A DNA stretch of 32,000 bases from Thermocrispum agreste DSM 44070 (GCF_000427905.1 NZ_ATYX01000008.1:840-32839), one strand, 5' to 3'; counted from the first letter of the stretch, positions 7,976 through 16,034 are shown. The notes: generated by a model not told the origin, from the letters alone. Program-made: numbers and translations.

Positions 7976-9736
7976 TCAGCCTTCCTGGCTCACGGCCGGG
8001 TCGGCAGCCGAGGCCTCGCCGGAGTTCACGGCCGCCGCGCCGTCGCCGGAGCCCGGACCGCGCGCCAGCTCCTGCGCCGCGCGCTTGGCCTCGCGATCAC
8101 GTGCTTCTTGCCGGAAGGCCTTGATCAGTCCGACGGCGATGAGCGCGAGCACGAAGGAGAACGGCAGCGACATGATCACCGTGATGTTGGTCAGCTGCAC
8201 CAGCCAGTTCTCACCGCCCACGGTCAGCATGGCGAAGGTGAGCAGGCCGATGGTCACCGACCAGAAGATGCGCACCGGGACCGCGCAGTCGGCCATCGGG
8301 TGCGGCAGCTTCGAGGTCAGGTTGCCGGTGACCAGGGCACCGGAGTCGGCGGAGGTCACGTAGAAGAGGAAGCCGGTGATGGTCACCAGCGCGATCAGGA
8401 TCCCGGCCCCCGCGTACTGCTCGATGAAGTCGTAGAAGCCGGACGCAGGGTCGGCGTAGGTGTTCTCCCCCAGGGTTTCGTCACCGTTGCGCACGGTTCG
8501 GATCGCGCTGTTCCCGATCACCGAGCCCCACAGCAGGATGTAGACGAACGGAATCGACATCACGCCGAGGATGAACTGCCGGATCGTGCGGCCCCGCGAG
8601 ATCCGCGCCAGGAACATCCCGACGAACGGCGCCCAGGCGATCCACCAGGCCCAGAAGAAGAGCGTCCACAGGTTCATCCACGCGGTCACCGTGGTGTCCG
8701 GGTCGCCCGCCAGGGTGGCGCCCTCCGCCTGGCGGTAGGCCAGGGTGTCGAAGCTCATGCCGGGAAGCTGGCTGAGATAGTCGCCGAGGTTCATCACCAG
8801 GGCGTTGAACAGGAACGCGCTGTCGCCGGAGATCAGGATGTAGCCCAGCAGGGAGACCGACAGCAGCACGTTCAGTTCGGACAACCGGCGGATTCCCTTG
8901 TCCACCCCGGAGACCGCCGACGTCGTCGCCAGCACGACCGATGCGACGATGAGCGCGATCTGCAGCGAGGTCCCGGCGCTGACCCCGAGCCAGCGGCTGA
9001 AGCCGACGCTGAGCAGGGCGATCCCGATGCCCAGCGACGTGGCGACGCCGAAGATGGTGCCGACGACGGTGGCGATGTCGACGGTGTCACCGGTACGGCC
9101 CTGGATGCGCTTGCCGAAGATCGGGTACAGGGCCGATCGGATCGCCAGCGGCAGGCCGCGCCGGAAGGCGAAGAAGCCGAGCGCCATGCCGATCAGGGCG
9201 TACAGGGCCCAGCCGGAGAGGCCGTAGTGGAACAGCATCCAGGTGACCGCTTCGCGCGCCGCCTCCGGCGTGCCGCCCTCGCCGGCCGGCGGGTGCAGGT
9301 ATTGGGCCACCGGTTCGGCGACGGAATAGAAGATCACGTCGGTGCCGATCCCGGCGGCGAACAACATCGCCGTCCAGGTGAACAGGTTGTAGTCGGGCCG
9401 TGAGTCGTCCGGTCCCAGCCGGTAGTTGCCGTAGCGGCTGAAACAGATGACGATCACCACCACGAGCATCGCCGCGATCAGAGCGAAGTACCACCAGCCG
9501 AACGCGTCGCTGACCCACGCCACGACGGTGCTGGTGACGGTGCTGGCCCATTCGGGCGCGACCAGGCTGACGATGGCGATGCCGAGGACCGTCGCGGCGG
9601 AGCCGAACAAGACCACGAGGTTCGTGCGCGGTTTCGCGTCCCGGGGTCCAGCTGACGGTGTCGAGGATGTGCTGCCCGGATCCGGGCGGTCGGGCCGAGC
9701 GTCGGCTGCGGGCTGTTGGTGTATCGACTTGTCCAT
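7976..9736 (-). CDS. BCCT family (betaine/carnitine/choline-type) transporter
   Basis: BCCT signature 'WTLFFWAWWIAWAPFVGMFLARISRGRTIRQF', about 12 TM helices, and a hydrophilic C-terminal tail. Preferred start is ATG 9736 (MDKSIHQQ...). Confidence 0.9.
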   Translation of the reverse strand: MDKSIHQQPAADARPDRPDPGSTSSTPSAGPRDAKPRTNLVVLFGSAATVLGIAIVSLVAPEWASTVTSTVVAWVSDAFGWWYFALIAAMLVVVIVICFSRYGNYRLGPDDSRPDYNLFTWTAMLFAAGIGTDVIFYSVAEPVAQYLHPPAGEGGTPEAAREAVTWMLFHYGLSGWALYALIGMALGFFAFRRGLPLAIRSALYPIFGKRIQGRTGDTVDIATVVGTIFGVATSLGIGIALLSVGFSRWLGVSAGTSLQIALIVASVVLATTSAVSGVDKGIRRLSELNVLLSVSLLGYILISGDSAFLFNALVMNLGDYLSQLPGMSFDTLAYRQAEGATLAGDPDTTVTAWMNLWTLFFWAWWIAWAPFVGMFLARISRGRTIRQFILGVMSIPFVYILLWGSVIGNSAIRTVRNGDETLGENTYADPASGFYDFIEQYAGAGILIALVTITGFLFYVTSADSGALVTGNLTSKLPHPMADCAVPVRIFWSVTIGLLTFAMLTVGGENWLVQLTNITVIMSLPFSFVLALIAVGLIKAFRQEARDREAKRAAQELARGPGSGDGAAAVNSGEASAADPAVSQEG

Positions 9737-10036
9737 CTGCCGTCCTCGTCGTCCTCGTCGGCCGCCCGCAGGGATCACGAACCGTGACGACAGCAACCCC
9801 AGGAGCGACCGGTCAACCCACCCGCCGGCTGGACAGCACGGCTGGACGGATCGCGGCCGTCACCGAACGGGTGCCAAGGATGCAACCGAACGTGATCGCC
9901 GTCAAGCGAACGCCGGGCACCGCGACCCCTCGGCCATGCGATGCCGCCTCGGCGCCGGCATCTGGGCGCAGCGGGTGAAGGGGCGAGGACACGGCCGGGC
10001 AGGCCGATCGCGCCCGGCACCCTGCGGCGGCAATGC

Positions 10037-10080
10037 AAAACGCCCCGCCGACCGCATTGCCGCTGGTCCGCGGGGCGTTT
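10037..10080 (-). terminator. Hairpin terminator immediately downstream of tRNA-Tyr
   Basis: On the minus strand: CGCCCCGCGGACC-(11 nt loop)-GGTCGGCGGGGCG (13 bp, one mismatch) followed by TTTTG. It starts about 6 nt after the tRNA 3' end. Confidence 0.5.
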
Positions 10081-10085
10081 GCCGC

Positions 10086-10171
10086 TGGTGGCAGGTGAGG
10101 GATTCGAACCCCCGAAGGCGTAAGCCGTCTGATTTACAGTCAGATCCCTTTGGCCGCTTGGGTAACCTGCC
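10086..10171 (-). tRNA. tRNA-Tyr: tRNA-Tyr (anticodon GTA), class II with long variable arm, CCA encoded
   Basis: Minus-strand read: GGCAGGTTACCCAAGCGGCCAAAGGGATCTGACTGTAAATCAGACGGCTTACGCCTTCGGGGGTTCGAATCCCTCACCTGCCACCA. The 7-bp acceptor stem is GGCAGGT/ACCTGCC, the anticodon stem is TCTGA/TCAGA with loop CTGTAAA, and the T-loop is TTCGAAT. Confidence 0.95.
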
Positions 10172-10434
10172 GTGTCTGGGTCAACCCCAGCTGCCATCAG
10201 ATTACCCAACGACACCCAGGGGCCGCGCAAGGGGGATGCTTTTCTCCGCACCTCCGCCCACCCGCGGCTCGCACCGGACTCGGCGGATCACCGGGCCGTC
10301 CCCGTCTCATGATCATCAGCGCCGTGCGCTTGCCCGGAGGGGAGGCCGGGCAGCACGACCGAGCCCGCACGACGGTGCGGCCGCGATAGAGTGCGGCCGA
10401 CGAGTTGGTACGACGCACGGGGTGTGAGTTTCCA

Positions 10435-10926
10435 GTGGCGGATTCATCGTTCGACGTGGTGAGCAAGGTCGACCGGCAAGAGGTGGACAACGCGGTCAAC
10501 CAGGCTGCCAAGGAGCTGGCCACGCGTTTCGACTTCCGCGGTACCGGAGCCACCGTGTCCTGGGCTGGCGAGTTCGCGGTGACCATCGAGGCGGAGACCG
10601 AGGAGCGGGTCAAGGCCGCCGTCGAGGTGTTCAAGGAGAAGCTGATCAAGCGCGGCATCTCGCTGAAGGCGTTCGAGGCGGGCGAGCCCACGCTGTCCGG
10701 CAAGACCTACAAGGTCGCGGGCAAGATCCTCCAGGGCATCCCGTCCGACAAGGCGAAGAAGATCGCCAAGTTCATCCGCGACGAAGGCCCGAAGGGCGTG
10801 CAGGCGCAGATCCAGGGCGACCAACTGCGGGTGTCCAGCAAGAAGAAGGACCATCTGCAGGAGGTCATCGCCATGCTGAAGAAGGAGGACTTCGGCGTCG
10901 CGTTGCAGTTCACCAACTACCGGTGA
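10435..10926 (+). CDS. yajQ: YajQ family nucleotide / cyclic-di-GMP-binding protein (UPF0234)
   Basis: GTG at 10435 gives 163 aa beginning '[35 protein letters not shown]...', with C-terminus 'LQFTNYR'. This is the highly conserved YajQ pattern and length. Confidence 0.9.
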   Translation: MADSSFDVVSKVDRQEVDNAVNQAAKELATRFDFRGTGATVSWAGEFAVTIEAETEERVKAAVEVFKEKLIKRGISLKAFEAGEPTLSGKTYKVAGKILQGIPSDKAKKIAKFIRDEGPKGVQAQIQGDQLRVSSKKKDHLQEVIAMLKKEDFGVALQFTNYR

Positions 10927-10960
10927 GCCACGCGCTGCAACCGTGAGAGGGCATCGGGGG

Positions 10961-10979
10961 GCAGCGCGCATCGCGCTGC
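10961..10979 (+). terminator. Short GC hairpin after yajQ (possible terminator, no U-tract)
   Basis: GCAGCGCG-cat-CGCGCTGC is a perfect 8-bp inverted repeat 35 nt after the yajQ stop. A second 8-bp hairpin, GGGCAGCG...CGCTGCCC at 11034-11057, follows the convergent small membrane gene. Confidence 0.3.
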
Positions 10980-11065
10980 GCCAAGCGGAGACCAGGCGGT
11001 CGTGTTCACGTGCGGTCCTGCGTTGAGCCGCCTGGGCAGCGGCGATACGCGCTGCCCCGATCGCG

Positions 11066-11353
11066 CTATCGCTTGCGGAAGATCAGGTAGCTGACGCCGA
11101 GAATGATGTCGACGCCCGCCCACAGGACGATGATCAGCCCGACGCCGATTCCTGTCCCGATCGCGGTGCCTGCCTGACACGCCTCGAGCACCTGGCCGGT
11201 CTTGCCGTCGCAGTTGTCGGCGACGGCATTGAGGCCGCTGACCAGCCACAGCACGAACAACACCTGCACGGCGAGGAAGAACCACCGGAACACGTGCCGT
11301 TTCTTCTTGCCCTGGGCAGTCACGTCGCCGACCTGAGACGATTGCTGAATCAC
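11066..11353 (-). CDS. Small two-TM membrane protein, unknown function
   Basis: 95-aa ORF with a GTG start preceded by GGAAAGGA. It has two clear hydrophobic helices flanking a loop with two Cys ('DNCDGKTGQVLEAC'). No family was recognised. Confidence 0.55.
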   Translation of the reverse strand: MIQQSSQVGDVTAQGKKKRHVFRWFFLAVQVLFVLWLVSGLNAVADNCDGKTGQVLEACQAGTAIGTGIGVGLIIVLWAGVDIILGVSYLIFRKR

Positions 11354-11752
11354 GTCGTTCCTTTCCGACAGAACCGCACGTGCGGTGGGGTGCTGGCAGT
11401 GGATCCGAAGCCTTCATCCCGGCCATCAGGACGTCGTTACCGGGGGTGCACGCACGTTGCTACCGACGCATTCACACGCATCACCCGGCCGGTCTCTTGC
11501 CCGGCCACCGCACACCCGGTGTCAACCACCCGGTGCGCTAAGAAGAAGCCGGGCATTCGCACGAACCGGTTGCACTCGCAGCCGAGGTCACCCTAACGTG
11601 TGGATCGCCGTGACCCCGTTGATCATTCAGGGGAGCGCGGCACACTGGGGTGGCGTGATGCGTGCGCCAGACGCAACGACGAGGGGTCGCATGGTGAACG
11701 GCAGTCCACGCCGCAACTCCGCCCGGCCGCTGACGACTCGTGGGTTGATCGC

Positions 11753-12634
11753 GTGAAGGGGATCGTGCTCGCCGGCGGCAGCGGCACCCGCCTGCACCCG
11801 ATCACGCAGGCGGTGTCGAAGCAGCTGCTGCCGGTCTACGACAAGCCGATGGTCTACTACCCGCTGTCGGTGCTCATGCTGGCCGGCATCCGGGAGATCC
11901 TGCTCATCTCCACCCCGACCGACCTGCCCAGCTTCCAGCGCCTGCTGGGCGACGGCAGCCAGTGGGGCCTGAACATCAGCTACGCGGAGCAGCCGACGCC
12001 GAACGGTCTGGCCGAGGCCTTCCTGATCGGCGCCGACTTCATCGGCGACGACCCGGTGGCGCTGGTGCTGGGCGACAACATCTTCTACGGCCAAGGCTTC
12101 TCCCGCCGGCTGCGCAAGGAAGTCCGCGAACTGGACGGCTGCACGCTGTTCGCCTACCCGGTCAAGGACCCGCAGCGCTACGGCGTCGGCGAGGTCGACG
12201 AGAACGGCAACCTGATCTCCATCGAGGAGAAGCCGAAGCACCCGAAGTCGGACAAGGCGATCACCGGGCTGTACCTGTACGACAACACGGTGGTCGACAT
12301 CGCCAAGGAGCTCACCCCGTCGGCGCGCGGCGAACTGGAGATCACCGAGGTCAACCAGGCCTACCTCCGCCAGGGCCGGGCGCGCCTCGTCGACCTCGGC
12401 CGCGGCTTCGCCTGGCTGGACACCGGCACGCACGACTCGCTGCTGGAAGCCGCACAGTTCGTGCAGGTGCTGGAGCACCGCACCGGCGTCCGGATCGCCT
12501 GCCCGGAGGAGATCGCCTTGCGCATGGGCTTCATCGACGCCGACCAGTGCATGGCGCTCGGCCGCAAATTGGCCAACAGCGGGTACGGCGACTACGTCAT
12601 GTCGGTGGCGCGCAGCTTCGGGGCGAGCGACTGA
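11753..12634 (+). CDS. rmlA: Glucose-1-phosphate thymidylyltransferase
   Basis: GTG at 11753 gives '[18 protein letters not shown]...[12 protein letters not shown](V)YYPLS...', the canonical RmlA/RfbA N-terminus, at 293 aa. The upstream 51 codons of the track ORF are non-homologous-looking. Confidence 0.92.
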   Translation: MKGIVLAGGSGTRLHPITQAVSKQLLPVYDKPMVYYPLSVLMLAGIREILLISTPTDLPSFQRLLGDGSQWGLNISYAEQPTPNGLAEAFLIGADFIGDDPVALVLGDNIFYGQGFSRRLRKEVRELDGCTLFAYPVKDPQRYGVGEVDENGNLISIEEKPKHPKSDKAITGLYLYDNTVVDIAKELTPSARGELEITEVNQAYLRQGRARLVDLGRGFAWLDTGTHDSLLEAAQFVQVLEHRTGVRIACPEEIALRMGFIDADQCMALGRKLANSGYGDYVMSVARSFGASD

Positions 12635-12843
12635 CACCCCGCAGGGGAATCGTCGACCCTGGAAATCACTGTGTCGCCGATTCGGCGGACACGCTCACCT
12701 GGCTGACGCTGAACTTCTGGATCGAGCAGGCCACAGGCGGCGTCGAGCTCGTTGATCAGGATGTGCAGGGTGCGAACAATCCCCGGATGGGTCTGCGCGA
12801 CCGCGGTGAACAGCTCGGTGTCACGGTCGACAGCGTCTTTCAT
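12592..12843 (-). CDS. Micro-ORF 3 (83 aa as read), probably degraded
   Basis: The ATG at 12843 overlaps the stop of micro-ORF 2 (ATGA). The first ~40 codons ([41 protein letters not shown]) are mostly G/C-ending. After ~12720 the G/C-ending bias moves to the +1 frame, which stops at 12666-12668. As read, the ORF overlaps the rmlA 3' end by 43 nt. Confidence 0.2.
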   Translation of the reverse strand: MKDAVDRDTELFTAVAQTHPGIVRTLHILINELDAACGLLDPEVQRQPGERVRRIGDTVISRVDDSPAGCQSLAPKLRATDMT

Positions 12844-13031
12844 CGCTTTCGATTTGTCGTTGCACATCGGATGCCGCAGCCGCCACGCTCCTGTTCGCAC
12901 CAGCCAACGCAACGGCGTCCTGGCGCATTGGCTTCAGAATTCCCTTTGGTCCGCACCGCTGTCGGCGATGAGCCCTTACCGCCGTGGGTCTTGTCGTCGT
13001 GCGGATGGTTCACTCCGGCCGGGGAGATCAT
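12840..13031 (-). CDS. Micro-ORF 2 (63 aa), hydrophilic, C-terminal C-x3-C-x6-C-x3-C
   Basis: The ATG at 13031 directly abuts the TGA of micro-ORF 1. The product is [65 protein letters not shown]-ending codons dominate the first half only (about 39 of 62 overall by hand count), so coding status is uncertain. Confidence 0.25.
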   Translation of the reverse strand: MISPAGVNHPHDDKTHGGKGSSPTAVRTKGNSEANAPGRRCVGWCEQERGGCGIRCATTNRKR

Positions 13032-13199
13032 TCACGACGTCTCGGACCCCTCAGCACTCATTTCTTCCTCCGCCAACCGTTCGGCCTCTTCGTCACGAAC
13101 GTCGGCGTCCTCGATCCGCACGATTCGACCGTCGAAGTCGGTCACGAACGCCGCACCGCCGTGAGCGGCGCCAACACATCCCCCTGAGTTCCACGACAT
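13032..13199 (-). CDS. Micro-ORF 1 (55 aa, below the ORF-track cutoff), acidic C-terminus
   Basis: Hand translation from ATG 13199 gives MSWNSGGCVGAAHGGAAFVTDFDGRIVRIEDADVRDEEAERLAEEEMSAEGSETS*. It starts 78 nt after the stop of the HTH gene, and GAGG lies 13 nt upstream. 'W-x-S-x2-C-V-x-A' is faintly reminiscent of DUF397/BldB-like small proteins that follow XRE regulators in actinomycetes, but it is much shorter. Confidence 0.3.
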   Translation of the reverse strand: MSWNSGGCVGAAHGGAAFVTDFDGRIVRIEDADVRDEEAERLAEEEMSAEGSETS

Positions 13200-13277
13200 G
13201 TACTCAGCGTGACCTCGGTTCGGGTAGCACGCCGGGACGATTCCTCCCCCTTTGTCTGCGGGTACAGGTCGTACCCG

Positions 13278-14477
13278 TCAAGCGGTGACACCGAGCGCAG
13301 TTGCGAGGCGCTCGGCATCGTCACGCACCGTTGCCCCACCGCTGTTCGCTAGCTCGGTGACAGCGAACCGGGCGAAGAGGTTGTAGCGGGTGGTTTCCGG
13401 GGCGATTTCGTTGGCCCGCCTGAGGAGGGCGACGGCAGCCACGTACTCACGTTGTGCGTAGAAGGCGCGTGCCGTCTCGATGGTGTGGAACGCGCGACGC
13501 GTCATGGATCCCAGCGCCGCAAAATCCAGCGCATCTGCCCGACGCACGGCCTCACCAGGCTTCTGCAGATCCGCCAGCATCGTGACCTGGTAGGCATGCA
13601 CCATCCCGGGGCCGAACTTCAGCCACGGATGTTCGACACCGCGCGCCGCCTGCTCGGCCACGTCCCAAGCCCGCCACGCGTCGCCTTCACGGCCAACCTT
13701 GGCGTGGGACAACGCAATGGCCAGGTACAACAGGCCGTACTCCGCGCGATCGCGCTCCGGGTCGAGAAGGCGCGCGGTGTCGTGAGCCAACTGCACCCGC
13801 ACTTCCTCCGCTTCTCCGGCATCGCGATGCACGTGGTTGACGTACCAGGCCGCGGCCGCCATCGCCCGCGGATCGTCCGCGTCTTGCGCCGCGGTCATGG
13901 CCCGGTCAGCGGCAAGCATCACGAGGTTCGGCACGGGCTGGAACGACAAATACAGCTGTGTCAGGTGATACACCTGCGCCAAGGCGACCAGGGCACGGCG
14001 GCGATCGTTGCCCTCGACCAACCGAGGCAGGACGCGCGCATCGCGCAACAGTGACGGTAGAGCCACGGCAACGGCGGTGCGGTGCCGTCGGGAGCCGTGC
14101 CAGAGCTCCCACGCTTGCTCGACCCGTCTGACGATCCCGTCGACGTCCGGTTCGACGTCATCGGTCAGCGGGTAGTTCAGCAAGGCGCGGGAAATTGCGG
14201 GCAACTGCTCATGGGCCGCGTTGCTGTAGCTGGGCATGGCCAGCCGCTCGTCTCCGGTCAACTCTGCCAGGTCGTCGGCCCTGAGCGCTTCCGCGAGCCG
14301 CACCATCATCGGAAGGCGGGGCGGCAAAATGCGGCCCGTCTCCAAGGCCTTGACCCATTCGCCACTGCGGCCAACCAGGCCACCGAGTTGTGGCCTGGTC
14401 ATCCCGGCACGAGTGCGCAGCCGCTTCAATCGCGATCCGAACGTTTCCTCGTTCACCGGCGTCACCCGTTTCCGCAT
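13278..14477 (-). CDS. XRE-family HTH regulator with long all-alpha (TPR-like?) C-terminal domain
   Basis: 'FGSRLKRLRTRAGMTRPQLGGLVGRSGEWVKALETGR' is a Cro/C1-type HTH. The remaining ~320 aa are helix-rich with repeated A/L/R/W patterns. ATG 14477 is the preferred start, placing the HTH ~10 aa from the N-terminus, but no good SD is present, so the start is uncertain (the ORF opens at 14597). About one codon in five ends in A/T by hand count, versus about one in twenty-five in nuoN. Confidence 0.8.
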   Translation of the reverse strand: MRKRVTPVNEETFGSRLKRLRTRAGMTRPQLGGLVGRSGEWVKALETGRILPPRLPMMVRLAEALRADDLAELTGDERLAMPSYSNAAHEQLPAISRALLNYPLTDDVEPDVDGIVRRVEQAWELWHGSRRHRTAVAVALPSLLRDARVLPRLVEGNDRRRALVALAQVYHLTQLYLSFQPVPNLVMLAADRAMTAAQDADDPRAMAAAAWYVNHVHRDAGEAEEVRVQLAHDTARLLDPERDRAEYGLLYLAIALSHAKVGREGDAWRAWDVAEQAARGVEHPWLKFGPGMVHAYQVTMLADLQKPGEAVRRADALDFAALGSMTRRAFHTIETARAFYAQREYVAAVALLRRANEIAPETTRYNLFARFAVTELANSGGATVRDDAERLATALGVTA

Positions 14478-14690
14478 TCGAGCACTTGGCGCATCCCACC
14501 GATGGTCTTCGTGGCAATCAGATACCACAGTAACCGTTCGATCACGCACAGCACGCGTAGCAATTGAGCAGGCCGTCAATACCGACATGAACGCCACCGT
14601 GGAGCGACGCCAATGGCGGTGAACCGGCTTTGCCGCGGCTGCCCGACGAGCCAGCCGCCTCGCTGCGCACTGCTGAACTGATCAGCGTCA

Positions 14691-14706
14691 GACACGTCGA
14701 CATGTC
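14691..14706. promoter_or_regulatory. Palindrome in the divergent HTH / SLOG intergenic region (candidate operator)
   Basis: GACACGTCGACATGTC matches its own reverse complement at 14 of 16 positions. The perfect 8-mer palindrome CTGATCAG lies at 14678-14685, just upstream. Confidence 0.25.
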
Positions 14707-14909
14707 GGCGTCTCGGCTCTGTCATGGCCTGTGCCGAACTCCGAGGCACTGCCGGACCGCCGATACGCCGATGCCGAAAGCGGGCCTCGAGCGACAGCGG
14801 GCAGGTTGGAGCAGGGCACGATCTTCGTCTCGGTAGCTGGCCGTGCGCGAAACGTGAGGGAGGGTCGTGCTGGGGGCGAGCGATCTGCGGACGAGCGGGC
14901 GCCCGAGAG

Positions 14910-15086
14910 ATGGAACAGGCAGGTACGCTCGCCCTGGAAGCGCTGGCTGTCGGGCGTCGCTACCGATCAGAACGGATAATCCTGCGCGTTCGCGGTCTGC
15001 GCGCAGCACTGCCCCAGCGCACCACCGCGACGAAGGAACTGGACGAATCCCTGACCGCGCTCTTCACCGAGGACACTGCGCCGTGA
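14910..15086 (+). CDS. Possible 58-aa ORF overlapping the SLOG-like gene start (GTGA)
   Basis: MEQAGTLALEALAVGRRYRSERIILRVRGLRAALPQRTTATKELDESLTALFTEDTAP. Its stop overlaps the GTG of the next gene. The SD is poor, about 70% of codons are G/C-ending by hand count, and another frame is equally open, so support is weak. Confidence 0.2.
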   Translation: MEQAGTLALEALAVGRRYRSERIILRVRGLRAALPQRTTATKELDESLTALFTEDTAP

Positions 15087-15560
15087 CCCGAGTCGCCATC
15101 ACCGGCCATCGCGGACTTCCGGCCGCCACGGAACGACTGGTCGACGCCGCGTTGCGCGCGGAGATCGCCCGGTACGAATCCGGTTTGATCGGTCTCAGCG
15201 CGCTCGCCGACGGCGCCGATGCTCTGTTCGCTCGGGCCGTGCTCGACGCCGGCGGGGATCTCGTGGTGATCATTCCCGCCAAGAAGTACCGCGACGGCTT
15301 GGCCGCCCGAACACTACGCCACCTACGACGGCCTGCTGTCGCAGGCCGCCAGGGTGATCGAGCTGGATTTCGTCGAATCGGACAGCCACGCGCACATGGC
15401 CGCCAGCCCGCGCATGCTCGACGAGACCGACCATCTCATCGCGGTGTGGGACGGCAAACCGGCGCGCGGTTACGGCGGCACTGCCGACGTGGTAGCCGCC
15501 GCCCGTGAGCGCGGTGTTCCCATCACGGTCGTGTGGCCCAAGGGGGCCACACGGGACTGA
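15083..15560 (+). pseudogene. YpsA/DUF1273-like SLOG-superfamily protein, interrupted by a frameshift near 15300-15310
   Basis: GTG 15083 has GAGGA 10 nt upstream. Frame A reads 'VTRVAITGHRGL...LSALADGADALFARAVLDAGGDLVVIIPAKKYRDGLAA' and then turns into Arg-rich nonsense. The next frame (position mod 3 = 0, versus 2 for frame A), open from 15270, reads '..EHYATYDGLLSQAARVIELDFVESDSHAHMAASPRMLDETDHLIAVWDGKPARGYGGTADVVAAARERGVPITVVWP'. Together these give one Rossmann-like SLOG fold (ITGxR ... GxDxxxA ... D-x-hhhh-WDG ... GGT). Confidence 0.6.
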
Positions 15561-15565
15561 AGAAG

Positions 15566-15601
15566 GCGTTGCCGCCTGCGACTAGGCCGCCTCGGCAACG
15601 C
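15566..15601. terminator. Inverted repeat between the convergent SLOG-like gene and doxX
   Basis: GCGTTGCCG-(18 nt)-CGGCAACGC is a perfect 9-bp stem. It starts 6 nt after the SLOG-like stop and overlaps the last codons of doxX. Confidence 0.3.
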
Positions 15602-16034
15602 GGCGCGACCGCCGCGCGCGGGCCAGCACCGACTCCAGGGCCCAGGCGCCCGGGCCGATGAACACCAGCACCAGCATGGCCCAGCAGAACAAGGCGGCCG
15701 CCAAGCCACCGTTCTGGTGCGGCATCAGGCCCAGCGGCTGGTGCACCACGAAATAGGCGTAGGCCATGGCTCCCGAGGCCACGAACGCGGCACCGCGCAT
15801 CCCGACGCCGAGAGTGACCAGCGCACCGGTGACGAACTCGATGAGCCCGGCCCACCACTGCGGCCAGGAGCCGAACGCGACGGGATGCCCGGGATTGGCT
15901 GGGTCACCACCGAAGATTCCGAACAAGACGGCCGCGCCATGGGCGAAGAACATCACCCCGACGGCGATCCGGAACAACGCGATGACGCGATCCCGATTTC
16001 CTTCCACCACTTCGCGCACACGCTCGGCAGGCAT
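15582..16034 (-). CDS. DoxX family membrane protein
   Basis: ATG 16034 is preceded by GGAGG 6 nt upstream. The 150-aa protein has 'RIAVGVMFFAHGAAVLFG' and four hydrophobic helices typical of DoxX. The track ORF's 48-codon N-terminal extension is not needed. Confidence 0.85.
   Translation of the reverse strand: MPAERVREVVEGNRDRVIALFRIAVGVMFFAHGAAVLFGIFGGDPANPGHPVAFGSWPQWWAGLIEFVTGALVTLGVGMRGAAFVASGAMAYAYFVVHQPLGLMPHQNGGLAAALFCWAMLVLVFIGPGAWALESVLARARRSRRVAEAA

Noticed and set aside
10086-10171. tRNA-Tyr as a possible integration site for a genomic island
   Set aside because: No integrase or recombinase gene flanks it, I saw no direct repeat of the tRNA 3' end elsewhere in the window, and both neighbours (BCCT transporter, yajQ) look like ordinary chromosomal genes.
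12840-14597. The HTH gene, micro-ORF 1 and micro-ORF 2 all lie in one reading frame separated only by two TGA codons, hinting at TGA read-through, selenocysteine, or a nonsense-split larger gene
   Set aside because: Being in the same frame twice has about a 1 in 9 chance, and stop-free stretches are common in GC-rich DNA. No SECIS-like hairpin follows either TGA. The 26 codons between the HTH stop and micro-ORF 1 look non-coding.
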